Source: Chrysomallon squamiferum (taxonomy: Eukaryota; Animalia; Mollusca). Taken from it: a stretch of 64,000 nt of DNA. Under the pieces are notes generated by a model, which saw only the letters and a program-made list of their open reading frames with translations, did not search any database and was not told the DNA's origin. Position 1 is the stretch's first letter. Every line of letters starts with the position of its first letter. Location: NCBI GenBank assembly GCA_012295275.1, contig CM022672.1, positions 27,652,001-27,716,000 of the forward strand. Direction: 5' to 3'. The translations under genes were made by a program, and so were the position numbers. Positions 25,985-38,797 of the stretch are shown piece after piece.

Positions 25985-27409
25985 CTGCAAAACATGAGTT
26001 ACTCTTTTATCTGTCTGTCTTTTATTTATTATGTGTTATCATATTAACAACATTTCCACTTCTGTGTGATGTTTTTTTTATTTTATTATTATTATTATTA
26101 TTATTTTATATTGAATTTTCCATTTGTAAATTATAACCAAGAATAGATAAAGCTCTACCGTGTCTGCAAATGTCTGCTTAAGATTCTTATTTGTCAGTTG
26201 CTAATTGTATTGATGGTTAGTATTCCTTTTTATGGTATATGGCAGAAATAAACTCTATTTTTAGAATAATATTCAGTATTTTTAAAAATATTTATTCATT
26301 TTTTGTATTATTATTATTATTATTAGCTGCCATTACTATTTGTTTTTTTAATATGGATTTAGTGTGTGTGAGTATGTGTGTGGGATTGTGTGTATTTTAA
26401 ATTATTGTCACTTATTTTATTTTTGTAATCCATAATAACAAAGGTGTTATACCAGTAATTTCAAATACTGTTTTGTTTATTTATTTGTTTTAACCTAAAT
26501 TTTGTAAATTTTCCAGTATTGTGAAAATAAAACATGCAGGCAATAAATTAAAAGAAATAAAAATGATATATGTTTTCAGTTGAAAAAATAGCAGTTAGAA
26601 AAACAAAAAAAAATCATTTTGTTACATATACATTTTTTTTTTATAAAGTGGAATAGTTAAAAAAAAATCCTTATTTTTTAAAACATTGAAAAAATAAGTA
26701 ATGTAAAATAAAGCAATTCAAATTTTTATTATTATATCAAGTAGATTAATTATTATTATTATATTTTTGTACTTAAATTCATAGGTAATAAAACAGAAAA
26801 TATTTAAAGGAAGGTATTTGTGTATATATGTTAATAACTGTTTTGTTTTGAACATCAAGATGCATGATAATTAAAAAAAAAAATAAAAAAATAAAGAATT
26901 TTAATATATTAAGCTTCAACAATTTATTTTTAATTATACAGTCAGAATATTTTAAAACCAATTTAAGATCTATAAAATATTAACTAGAAATAAAATCTGC
27001 AGGGACCATGCTTAAAACAGAAGGAGAATATTTATATGGTGTCCTCTGATTTGGTAGCTAAAACAGGTTAACACTATTAACTAATCAGGAAGGTAAATGC
27101 TGGAAACTAATGTTTTCAGATAACAAATACTCTACCAGCTGATAAATATCAAACAAGGATTAAAATTACTTGGGGAGAAAACTGTCAATGCACACACACA
27201 CATACAGTGTACTAAGATACAAACACACATAGGCACAATACACACACAGCCATACACACAAACACACACTCACACAACTCTGAAAAATGAAGGTTTTAAA
27301 CAATTCTATTTTTCTAAGATGACAAAAATATTGTACAGGCATGAACTTAAATAATTAAAAAAGGAGGACATTCAGAGAAATAATAATTAAAAAAAAATCA
27401 TGATTAGCA

Positions 27410-27430
27410 CATGCACTAGCATGCACATGC
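27410..27430 (-). promoter_or_regulatory. Cluster of three (U)GCAUG Rbfox-type intronic splicing elements
   Basis: Minus strand reads gcatg-tgcatg-ctag-tgcatg about 17-38 nt downstream of the donor at 27447. Confidence 0.6.
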
Positions 27431-27447
27431 TATCAGCATACCCCTAC

Positions 27448-27498
27448 CGTGGACAAGAATGACCAGCCAAACACAAACTTGTATTTGTTGACAAACTG
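27448..27498 (-). CDS. crb: Candidate alternative cassette exon inside EGF18
   Basis: Long pyrimidine tract + ctccag|cag, donor ACG|gtaggg, 51 nt, phase 2-2, open (SSLSTNTSLCLAGHSCP); three GCATG motifs just downstream. Confidence 0.65.
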
Positions 27499-28604
27499 CT
27501 GGAGAATCAACAAAACAAAAAACAGAAAGAAAAATATTCTTTGATGCAGATCAACATAAATATAAAATTAAGGTTTTATAATCTGTAACTTTCTATTTGA
27601 CAGACTGTTTGTGTATAGCAAAACACCAACAACAACTCTGTAGCAATATTTAATAGTATTTCAAAAACAATGAGTTGTTGTTACTCAGTGATCTGGCCAA
27701 ACCATTAATCAGGCTTCCTGTTTTAATCTATGAAGCTACTGTACTGGCATTTTGTTTTTGTAATCTCACGTTTTATATATATATCCAAACATATCTGTAT
27801 ACATATACATACATACATAGACACACACACAAACACACACACACACACACACACAAAGTGTATAAATATTAATTCCTGGTATATAGTTTATTTACCTGTA
27901 TTAAAACAATTTTATATTAAACCACAAATTTTTATATTAGAGCCATTTTTAATAACACCTGTTTATTATGCTACTAACATGTCCTAACCACATTGGATTG
28001 ACCTATTTAACATGTGTCTGCAAACAATGTGTTATAATTATACAGAAATAAATCTAAGCAGTGTTGAATTATCGTTATTACATATGCCTCTATACAATAC
28101 TGTTAATATGTTGATTATGCTGTACTGAAGCCATCACAAGCAAACACTATTAGATATTTTAAATGTTTACTAACAAGTAATATATTTTAACCATGTAGTG
28201 TAGATGGAATCAAAAATACATATTGTAATTATTTTGTTTTCATGTTTGTTACTGTTGTCTAAAATACATGTTATAAACTTTATTTTTTATATGGAGTATA
28301 ACATACATATTATAAATGTTATTTTTTATATGGAATCAAAAATAGATATTATAATCATTATTTAATTTTCTGTGTAAAATAAAGCATCAACAGTCATACT
28401 CTCTGTGATGCCTTGTTGGTGAACTTTTGTTAAAAAGATGGATTCAGAATGTTAATTTTGTGCATTTAATTTTCAATTGGTGGATGCATATGTTACTTTT
28501 CATTGCTGGGTATGAATCATTTTGGGCTATATGACACAGAAGTGCATGTTAGAAGACAGTGTCTGCTTTAGAGAAGAGAAAAAAAAAATGTTATTAAAAT
28601 GTAC

Positions 28605-28695
28605 CTGTTAATGAAGTCTGTACAGACACCATTGTTGAGACAGGGGTGTGAAGCACATTCATCAATGTTAGTCTCACAGTTGGAACCAGTGATTC
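28605..28695 (-). CDS. crb: Crumbs exon, first half of EGF18
   Basis: ttacag/gtacat, phase 1-2; ITGSNCETNIDECASHPCLNNGVCTDFIN. Confidence 0.92.
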
Positions 28696-29016
28696 CTGTA
28701 AAAAACAAAACAAAACACCCTGAAGCTTTGCAATAGAAATCATGCTTATTTTCATTGCTATGTAGTCTTAGTTTTCTTATGTTGGGCAAGAATCACAGCG
28801 TTTTGTTTTCACATCTTCCTGTGTCTTGTGTATCCTCTGGCAGATGGTTCCTTTCCATCAGCTCATCATCATTCCGTGGTCTGGCTCAGCGTCTTCTAGA
28901 CTGTTTCTCTTCATATGGTTTTCATGTGGGTTACATGACATAGACAGCTGAATCCTTATATGAACAAAATAAAAATAAACAAATAAACAAATACTGAGAG
29001 ATTCTAATTAACATAC

Positions 29017-29121
29017 CAGGGATACAGGAGCAGTTGTAGCCATTGATCCCATCATCGCAAGAACCACCATGTTGACAGGGACTGGATTCACATTCATCAA
29101 TGTTTATTTTGCATCGGGAAC
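29017..29121 (-). CDS. crb: Crumbs exon, EGF17
   Basis: tttcag/gtatgt, 105 nt; [34 protein letters not shown]. Confidence 0.92.
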
Positions 29122-29321
29122 CTGAAAGAATTTGGATATTTTAAATATTCACCAACAACAAATACAGAATTTATGTCAAGCTGTCTTCATTGATACAATA
29201 TATATAAATTTTCATTTACCAGGAGTTATTAAATCAGCTTGTTGTTACTGTTCAAACAAACATGTTGCATTAAGTAAAAATTCTGTGGAACAAAAGAGAA
29301 TGTGTTCTAGGTGTATTTCAC

Positions 29322-29456
29322 CTGTAAAGCCAGGAGCACAGATGCAGCGAAAACCGGAAATCATGTCTATGCAGGTTCCTCCATTCCCGCAAGCTGGTTC
29401 CTTCAACAGACCAAATTCATGTTGACAGTATGAAGTAGTCAGCTCACAGTTGTTAC
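29322..29456 (-). CDS. crb: Crumbs exon, EGF16
   Basis: ctgtag/gtgaaa, 135 nt; NNCELTTSYCQHEFGLLKEPACGNGGTCIDMISGFRCICAPGFT. Confidence 0.92.
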
Positions 29457-29727
29457 CTACAGAGAGTAAAAACAAATAATTTATATAAACACATACATAG
29501 ATACATATACATTTGTAAATATGTATATATATTTAGCTAGGAAATTTGGCACATTTCTATTTAAATATTAATTATTATCAAACTAGATACTAGTTATGTT
29601 GAAGACTATATTTATCTTTTGGAAATAGCCCAAGATTATTTATGTGATTATTTCAGTTGAAGTGGGGTTGTCTCCCTTATGTTCTTCCTGTGTGTCATTA
29701 ATCTACAAAGGTTTAAACGGCTACACT

Positions 29728-30240
29728 CACATATGTGTATTTAGTATGTATCTGTGAATGTTTATGTATATATATATATATATATGTGATTGTGTGAATA
29801 TGTATATTAATACACATGTGTATTTAGTATGTATCTGTGAATGTTTATGTATATATATATGTGTGTGTGTGATTGATTGTGTGAATATGTATATTAATAC
29901 ACATGTGTATTTAGTATGTATCTGTGAATGTTTATGTATATATATATATCTGATTGATTGTGTGAATATGTATATTAATACATATGTGTATTTAGTATGT
30001 ATCTGTGAATGTTTATGTATATATATATATATATATGTGATTGTGTGAATATGTATATTAATACATATGTGTATTTAGTATGTATCTGTGAATGTTTATG
30101 TATATATATATATGTGATTGATTGTGTGAATATGTATATTAATACATATGTGTATTTAGTATGTATCTGTGAATGTTTATGTATATATATATATATATAT
30201 GTGATTGATTGTGTGAATATGTATATTAATACATATGTGT
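29728..30240. repeat. About 81-87-bp tandem repeat with an internal (TA)n tract, ~6 copies
   Basis: Unit atgtgtatttagtatgtatctgtgaatgtttatg(ta)n...gattgtgtgaatatgtatattaatac. Confidence 0.92.
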
Positions 30241-30541
30241 GTGTGTAGATGTCTGTGTTTGATAACTGAATACAAATTATAAGTACTTGATAATGCATTA
30301 TTAATTATACACTATTATTATAGATAAAACAAATTATTACTGAAGATCAAATAAATTCAGTAATTAATCATGCTAAAAGATAATGAAAAATAAAACAGAG
30401 AGTCACATAATCAAACTTCACTATCATGATAAAAATGTTATTGTAGCTATTAAAGAGGGTTTTTCCATTTTTGGCAGTTATTTGACATACATTGCAGTTT
30501 TTTACAGCTAGCATAGACAACTGATACTACTCAGATGTTTA

Positions 30542-30907
<366 letters not shown>

Positions 30908-31372
30908 CTATTTAAATAGTAATTGCTATCAGGCTAGATACTAGTTATGTTGAAGATTATATTTATCTTTAGGAAATAGCCCAAGATTATTTATATGATT
31001 ATTTCAGTTAATGTTAGGTTGTCTCCTTTGTGTTCAGCTGTCATTAATCTTCAAAAATTTAAACAGCAACACACACACACACACACACACACAAACAACA
31101 TTCACAAACATATACATACAGATAGATACACACATATAATATATACACACATACCTATATAAATATACATACACAGACAAACAAATACACACACACAACA
31201 TACCAACATACATACCCATACACCTACAGCCACAAACAAACACACACATTCACAGACATATAGACTGCTCACATACATTCATGCATACACAGATACATAC
31301 ATACACACATACATTAAACAAACACACAGACATACACACACAAAACAGAAAGGTGTCAAAACAAAATGGTAC

Positions 31373-31714
31373 CTGCAGGACAATCACAGGTGTAACTGTT
31401 GATGTGGTCCTTGCACACCTGAAACGACTCACAGGTGACACCAACACAGTCGTCTATGTTGACTGAACAGTTTTTCCCTTCAAAGCCGGCCGCACACGTG
31501 CAGGTGTAGTCACGTGAGGGTGGCTGGGAGAGGCAGGAGGCGTTGTTTTTACATGGAGTGTAGTACGTACAAGCATTGAAAACTTGCTCACACGTCTTCC
31601 CCATCCATTCTGCAGAGCAGTTGCAGAAGAAGTCATTGACTCGGTCTATGCAAGAAGCATTGTTGTGACATGGATGTGGATTACAATCATCTATGTTGTG
31701 TTCACAAACATCTC
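31373..31714 (-). CDS. crb: Crumbs exon, EGF11-13
   Basis: tttcag/gtacca, 342 nt, phase 1-1; DVCEHNIDDCNPHPCHNNASC...YTCDCPA. Confidence 0.92.
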
Positions 31715-31856
31715 CTGAAATTTAAAACAAATATAATAAATGTAAATGTGTGTATTTCTTTCTGTTTTTTTGAACATCGGAAAAAAATATTTGTGAATTA
31801 TATAAGAATATACATGTGTGTGTGTGTGTTGTGTGTGTGTCTGTCTGTCTGTGTGT

Positions 31857-31899
<43 letters not shown>

Positions 31900-32291
31900 T
31901 GTCTGTCCGTCTGTATGTGTTTCTGTGTGTGTGTGTATGTCTGTGTGTGTGTGTGTGTCTGTGTGTGTTTGTGTGTGTGTGTAAATCATTAAATTAATAT
32001 GATTTGGGATATAAATATGACCAGAGTTAAATTCAATTTTTTCTGTGCCTGCCTTAATTTTTTTTCCTGTTTTTGCTCACACATTTTTAATATATATGTA
32101 TACAAACAGTGAAACTTAATTTAGTCACAGGAAAGGCATTCTTCACTTTAAATCAACAAAATTTAAGAAATTCTTTCTCCATGAAATTTAAATAAAATAT
32201 ATTTTAGAAATTAATGTTTGAAGATGTTTTCATATAGAAAATATTTAGAATTGTCACATTTTTATTTTTAAGTTAATGGTTCTGACCATAC

Positions 32292-32445
32292 CATCGTATC
32301 CTGGTGAACACGAACAAGTGAAGCTGTTGTGAAGATTGTTACACGTTGCCCCATTTAAACATGGACGTGACTCACACTCGTTGATGTCTGTCTCACAGTG
32401 TCTGCCGGTCCAGCCAGCTGTGCAGTCACAGCGGTAATCAGCAAC
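32292..32445 (-). CDS. crb: Crumbs exon, EGF9-10
   Basis: ttgcag/gtatgg, phase 0-1; VADYRCDCTAGWTGRHCETDINECESRPCLNGATC... Confidence 0.92.
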
Positions 32446-32944
32446 CTGCAAGTTCAGTGTGTTACCTTATAGACATTTCTATATTTCTGCTTCAATTAAA
32501 TCATTGTAAAAAGCATTATAGCCAGGGTAGGTATGTTGTTTTTATAAAGATAAATATTTCTACTTGAATAAAATGTAAGTAACAGAATTATAGTCTAGTT
32601 GCGGTAAGTTCTCTCATGTAGGTTTCCATATAAAAACAGATATTACATTTTTGTAGACACATAAAATCATTACAGCCATGGTAGGTCTGTCATGTATTTT
32701 ACCGCATAAACAGATATTTCTATTTTGGAATAAATTGTAAATATTACAAAGTATCTTAAACTAGTTAAAGAGAGAGATTTCTTTTGTATTTTCAGTACAA
32801 GTATTATCCTGTAAATTAATTACTCTCAATGATATATATATATAATTACAGAGTTTTGTCATGCAAATTAACTTGTAGATACAAATTCTGTTTGACTGAA
32901 GTAAATATCAGTAAAACAGTAAAACATGTATACATTTCTAAATA

Positions 32945-33251
32945 CACTCGACCCTCCATTTAACTGACTCCTATCTGCCAGATTTTGGAAAACTGAGACA
33001 GAATCTGGGAAATATTCAAAGATTCTTGATTCTCCACTCACTTGGAGTAAATTATTCCTATTTTAATTATATGATCATGGCAAAAAACCAGAGTAAGTGA
33101 AAACTCTGAATATAAATAAAATTTTGTTCTGTGTATTATTTTACATTGTTAGTATTAATAGCTGTGCTCTTTCTGATACCATTGGTAAAAATCTGGAATT
33201 TATTGGTTTTATGAACGTTTCTCTTTTGGCTATTAAATGGAAGGTTGACCA
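32945..33251. mobile_element. Probable Tigger-like MITE
   Basis: Inverted ends cactcgaccctccatttaa / ttaaatggaaggttgacca, 14/19 match; TA at the left flank. Confidence 0.5.
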
Positions 33252-33268
33252 CACTAGAAAATACTGAC

Positions 33269-33395
33269 GAGGTCTGTGCATGAGCCAGAATTCTGACATG
33301 TGACATTAGCGCAGTCGTTGATGTTGACTGAACACGTCTGTCCTGTAAAACCAGCTGGACACAAACAGGAAAATGAGTTGACTTTATCAGAGCAC
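33269..33395 (-). CDS. crb: Crumbs exon, EGF8-9
   Basis: tttcag/gtcagt, phase 2-0; CSDKVNSFSCLCPAGFTGQTCSVNINDCANVTCQNSGSCTDL. Confidence 0.92.
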
Positions 33396-33923
33396 CTGAA
33401 AAAAAACAAAAAAAACACTGAATTATAATGGCTACTGAACAATTAGCATTATCTTCTGTTTTATTCTTATTATTTGTCTGTCTGTTTAATTTCTGTCAGG
33501 TTTTAACAGTGTGAATAAAAGTACTTTATGATTACTTCAACATCAGAGCCTTTTTTTTGTATTATTTCTCTTCTTTTTGAAGAATGTCATTGTGCACATA
33601 AATTATGTAATACTACATCTTGTCAGGAGTTGTTGTAACTTCTGTAGCAACTGCTCTCAATGAATAATGAATCTTTCATTTGAGTCACAGTGTCAAAAAA
33701 TTATCTTAAAGTCTTTCAGTATTTAGGAATTCTATAAACTTACTTATTTTAAACATTTCTCAGGACATACATATAGATACACAAATACATTTTCAAAATG
33801 TACTTTCATTTTTTTTTCTTCTGACTATAAAACTTTAAAAAAACACATAAAAGATTTGTAATTATTTTCAGTGTAACATTTCAAAAGAAATTATTATATT
33901 AACAAAAACAAACAAACACATAC

Positions 33924-34101
33924 GTTGCATTGTGTTTACATGGATTAGATGCACAGTCATCAATATTGTTTTCACAGAAAGTTCCATTGAATCCAGTTAC
34001 ACAGCTACACTCAAAATAGTTCTCTCCGTTATTGCATGTACCATTGTTAATGCAAGGATTGCTTTGGCATTCATCAATGTCAACACAGGACGGGGCGGTC
34101 C
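33924..34101 (-). CDS. crb: Crumbs exon, EGF7-8
   Basis: tttcag/gtatgt, phase 1-2; TAPSCVDIDECQSNPCINNGTC...NIDDCASNPCKHNA. Confidence 0.92.
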
Positions 34102-34670
34102 CTGAAATACAGACAAAAATATTATTTATATTCTGCAATTACCCTAATACTAACAAATATATTATAACTTATCTCATTTACAAGTAATAATTATCTTCTT
34201 TTTCTTTTTTTTCACTTTCTTAATCAATGTTATGATAGCATTGATGATTATGAGATTTATGATATTGATAACAATTATTAAGATATGGATACTTATAATG
34301 ATGATTATGATAAGTGTGACAATGAAAATATTTTCAGTGGGAGTCTTTGGAATAATAATAATGATTAATTTTGTCATTGTACATTTTGTGTTTATCAGTC
34401 ATCAAGAAAACAGAAATCTTTGGAATGCATATGCTCGAATCTGTTTTAATAAGTACTTATTAATTAATGTGATTTACACTATTTTGATAATAATTAATAA
34501 AAAAAAATTAAATTTAACAAACCCTAATAAACAAATTAAAATCAGAATTTTTTTTAATACATTTTTTACATGAAGCATTTCCTCTGCTTTTAAGACTCTA
34601 AAGTTTTTCCCTAGACATGTTTTTTGTGTCTCTTGTAAAATGTATAAAAAGACTGTTATCAGACCATTTA

Positions 34671-34776
<106 letters not shown>

Positions 34777-34979
34777 TAATAATGACAGTAAGAAATTAAA
34801 ATAATAATAATAATGGTAATAATAAATAACATTAACAACAATACTAACAACAATAATAAAAACATTAATAACACAAACAGCAACAACAACAATATTATAA
34901 TAATGATAAATAATAATAATAATAACAACAGCAATGATTTTAATAATAAAGATAATAATAACAGCAATAATAATAATAA

Positions 34980-35010
<31 letters not shown>

Positions 35011-35199
35011 AAGCAGAAGCAGAAGAATACATCTAATAATAAATACAAATCTCCATCATGAATTAAAAACTGCAGATTCTGTTCTACTATGAGAATGTCA
35101 CAAAAGTATATTTCTTGTAATCAATAAAAATAAGCCATGAAAATCTTTACACAGTTTTTTGAAAAAATTCTAAAACATTTACTTATTTAGTTTTTTTAC

Positions 35200-35413
35200 C
35201 TGTGTAGCCGTACTGACAAACACACTGGAAGCCATTGATCAGATCCTCACAGCGGGTGTGGTTTCCAGGGCAGGTCTGACCCACACAGTCGTCAATGTTT
35301 CTCTCGCAGTTAGTACCAGTGAATCCAGTACGACAGGTACAGTTGTATCCGTCAACCAGATCATGACAAGTACCCAGGTTCTGACATGGTGAGGATACAC
35401 ATTCATCTACACC
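35200..35413 (-). CDS. crb: Crumbs exon, EGF5-6
   Basis: ttgcag/gtaaaa, phase 0-1; [16 protein letters not shown]...[10 protein letters not shown]... Confidence 0.92.
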
Positions 35414-35812
35414 CTGCAACAAACAAAATTACTTGTAACAAGAAAGATACCATCTTGCTAAGGTATGGTGACAGTACCATGGTACTGTAGTATTCAGAAT
35501 TTGTTTGTATCTATACCCAAGCAAAAAGGTATGCCTGTGCTTGTGTATCACATCATTCAAAACTATCTGCAGCACAACCGAAAATAAATATTGAAAAATA
35601 CAAAATGCTCTGAATTCAATTTCTATAAAAAAAATGTTTATCTAGGAAAACCAAACATTTGTTTTCTTCAATCTCACAGTAATTTCACAAAAGGAAATTA
35701 ACTGAAAAATATGTGGTGGGTGGACAAAGATTTTTAAACAGACAGAAGGGGAATTAGGGATGAATGAATAGATGGAAGTAGTGAGGTATAAATGAAAAGA
35801 TAATTTTATTTA

Positions 35813-35867
<55 letters not shown>

Positions 35868-36058
35868 ATCTAATAATAATAGTAATAATAGTAAAAATAT
35901 AATAGCAACAACAACAACAACAATAAAGGGATGGAATAAAAACACAAAGATGACAATGACAAAGAAAATACATTTTGCTTTAGATTTAAATACAGTAAAA
36001 GAATTAATAATTTGACAGAAGTGAGAAGTTTTAAAAAGCTGTATTTTACAACACATAC

Positions 36059-36192
36059 CTCCTGACACAGCCCTGCATACCCAGGTGGGCAGGTACAGGT
36101 GAAAGACCCAGGGGAGTTGTGGCATGTACCCTGACCACAAGGTGAGGACACACATTCATCTATATCATTATCACAGATAGGTCCATTGTATC
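36059..36192 (-). CDS. crb: Crumbs exon, EGF4
   Basis: ttacag/gtatgt, phase 1-0; [44 protein letters not shown]. Confidence 0.92.
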
Positions 36193-36602
36193 CTGTAAAA
36201 CATAATAACAACTGAAATCACACCAGTTACTAGGTTAATACATCAGACCATATCTTGTATTTAACATTTAAAAATAAGAAATATTCAAAATAACCAGATA
36301 AAGAAATAAACAGTGTGGTTTAGTAGTTAATTACAGTTTGGGTAATGACTGTTTATTGTTTTGAAAAGTGAAATAGAAAAATAAATCAGTAATGAAAATG
36401 AAAATTTTAATTTTATTTGTCTAATTAGAAGAAAACAAGAAGAAGAAGAAGAAGAAGAAAATATAAGTAAATAAATAAACCATACAATAGTTTTTTATGA
36501 ATCTCATAATTTTTACGGCACATGTGAAGAAGATCAACACATACTAGAAATCATATTCAAAAGGCAGAATAAAGTAATGCTCATATTAATTAAAAAATTA
36601 TC

Positions 36603-36664
36603 AACAATGGTATTTGTGTAAACAATGGTATTTGTGTAAACAATGGTATTTGTGTAAACAATGG
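36603..36664. repeat. 18-bp tandem repeat x3.4 next to a splice donor
   Basis: aacaatggtatttgtgta at 36603, 36621, 36639, partial at 36657. Confidence 0.9.
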
Positions 36665-36669
36665 GTTAC

Positions 36670-36783
36670 CTGTCCCTGTGCAGTCACACTGATAAGCATT
36701 GATGAGGTTGATACACTTTCCCTGTCGACATGGATTTGATCTACATTCATCTATTTCCACTTCACAGTCTAAACCAGTAAAAC
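36670..36783 (-). CDS. crb: Crumbs exon, EGF3
   Basis: tag/gtaacc, 114 nt; FTGLDCEVEIDECRSNPCRQGKCINLINAYQCDCTGT (absent from ORF track). Confidence 0.92.
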
Positions 36784-37300
36784 CTATTAAAAAATAAAAA
36801 ATATTTTTATATTTAATAATTTAGTTATATCTGTCTGTCTGTCTGTCTGTCTGTGTGTCAGTCTATATTTATTTATTTTTCTTTAAAGTGATCATGTTGT
36901 AACTGATCATTAAAGCCAGTATTGAGGATTTCTTCTATTCTAACCACAACTGCTATGAAAAGCCATACTGCATGCTTTGCTGTTTATGGGAAGGTATATG
37001 TAAAAATTAAGCTTCTTGCTGAAAATGTAGCAGATTATATATATATATATATATATATATATTTTTTTTAATATCTTCCGGTGATAATGGTAGCAGAGTA
37101 AAATCTAAAATAAAATTAACTACTGATGACAAAAAAAAACAAAAAAACAAAAAATATATATATTTTTAAGTGGATGATTTTATTTATCTTTTTGACCAAA
37201 TAAACTAAACATTTGTGTTTACCAAAAACTAGAAAAAAACAATTGTAATATATATATATATATATATATGTTTGGTTTGTTTAGAAATTATCAAACTTAC

Positions 37301-37396
37301 CAGGAATGCAGCTACAAATATAACTAGCTGAAGAAGTGCGTGTGTCTGTACACGTCCCATTGTTAAGACATGGATTAGTAACACAGCCTAAGTAAC
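37301..37396 (-). CDS. crb: Crumbs exon, EGF2
   Basis: tttcag/gtaagt, 96 nt; YLGCVTNPCLNNGTCTDTRTSSASYICSCIP. Confidence 0.92.
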
Positions 37397-37909
37397 CTGA
37401 AATTAAATTAAAAAACAAAATAATAATAATAATAATTATGAAAAACTTAAAATAAATCTGACTTTTCAAAATTTTCCAGACAATTACATCTGCTATAAAA
37501 TTAGATTTATCCTTAAAATGCACTTTTTAAAATTAAAAATAATAATTTTGGAGATTGCCTTCTGTAACTAAACAGAATGTTTTTGTTGTAGTTATTGGTT
37601 TTTAAATTAACATTAATAGTAGAAGGGACATAACTCTTATAATATTAATATGAATTTTGTTGTTTAACTTGATTTTTAACAGCTAAAAATAACAAACACA
37701 AAAAGAGAGACAGTAATATAAAAAGTACTGATGTATTTGAAAGAAAGAATAAATTTAAATAAATAAATAAGTAATTAAATACTTTATTTTGAAAGGAAGG
37801 ATACAACTGTATGAAGAGCATATTTGCAAAAGTATCACATTTAAAGAAAATGCAAAAGCCCTAGAAGATAAGCCTTTTTACACTATAAATAAAATTTCAG
37901 TGGTCCTTT

Positions 37910-38479
37910 CAGGACTTTCTTAACAGCACTATAGGCTCCAGGGCAGAGCAACACACTGGGGCCCCTACATACATAACCATGAAACATAACAGCAACACAC
38001 TGGGGCCCCTACATACATAACCATGAAACATAACAGCAACACACTGGGGCCCCTACATACATAACCATGAAACATAACAGCAACACACTGGGGCCCCTAC
38101 ATACATAACCATGAAACATAACAGCAACACACTGGGGCCCCTACATACATAACCATGAAACATAACAGCAACACACTGGGGCCCCTACATACATAACCAT
38201 GAAACATAACAGCAACACACTGGGGCCCCTACATACATAACCATGAAACATAACAGCAACACACTGGGGCCCCTACATACATAACCATGAAACATAACAG
38301 CAACACACTGGGGCCCCTACATACATAACCATGAAACATAACAGCAACACACTGGGGCCCCTACATACATAACCATGAAACATAACAGCAACACACTGGG
38401 GCCCCTACATACATAACCATGAAACATAACAGCAACACACACCTATTGCCCAGTGTGCCCATGACTTAAGACAGCATTT
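37910..38479. mobile_element. Degenerate MITE enclosing the 44-bp array
   Basis: Imperfect inverted ends caggactttcttaa ... ttaagacagca; internal gggcagagcaacacactggggcccc ... gcccagtgtgcccat resembles, from memory, small non-autonomous DNA transposons. Confidence 0.5.
37948..38440. repeat. Perfect 44-bp minisatellite, 11 copies plus a partial
   Basis: Unit gcaacacactggggcccctacatacataaccatgaaacataaca, period 44, no variation seen. Confidence 0.97.
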
Positions 38480-38572
38480 TACAAATAATTAGAAAAGGTC
38501 TCTTTGAAGCAATGGTTAATCACTCACTATAAACAGTTTTGCAGCTGAGCTCTTCATATAGGTGTGTGTATG

Positions 38573-38631
<59 letters not shown>

Positions 38632-38668
38632 TCAAGTAGAAAATCTATACAAAATAAAATCCACTCAC

Positions 38669-38797
38669 GAAGATCATTTTCACAGTTTGTTCCATTGAAA
38701 TTACGTTTACACAAACAAGTGTAGTTTTTGAAACCATCAACACACGTGCCTCCATGTTGACATGGTATTTGTAAACAGTCATCAACATCACTATCAA
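38669..38797 (-). CDS. crb: Crumbs exon, EGF1
   Basis: ttttcag/gtgagt, 129 nt, phase 1-1; DVDDCLQIPCQHGGTCVDGFKNYTCLCKRNFNGTNCE. Confidence 0.92.

Noticed and set aside
37948-38440. CRISPR-like appearance of the 44-bp array (also the 35-bp array at 40291)
   Set aside because: Units are head-to-tail with no unique spacers, there are no cas genes, and the context is a eukaryotic intron.
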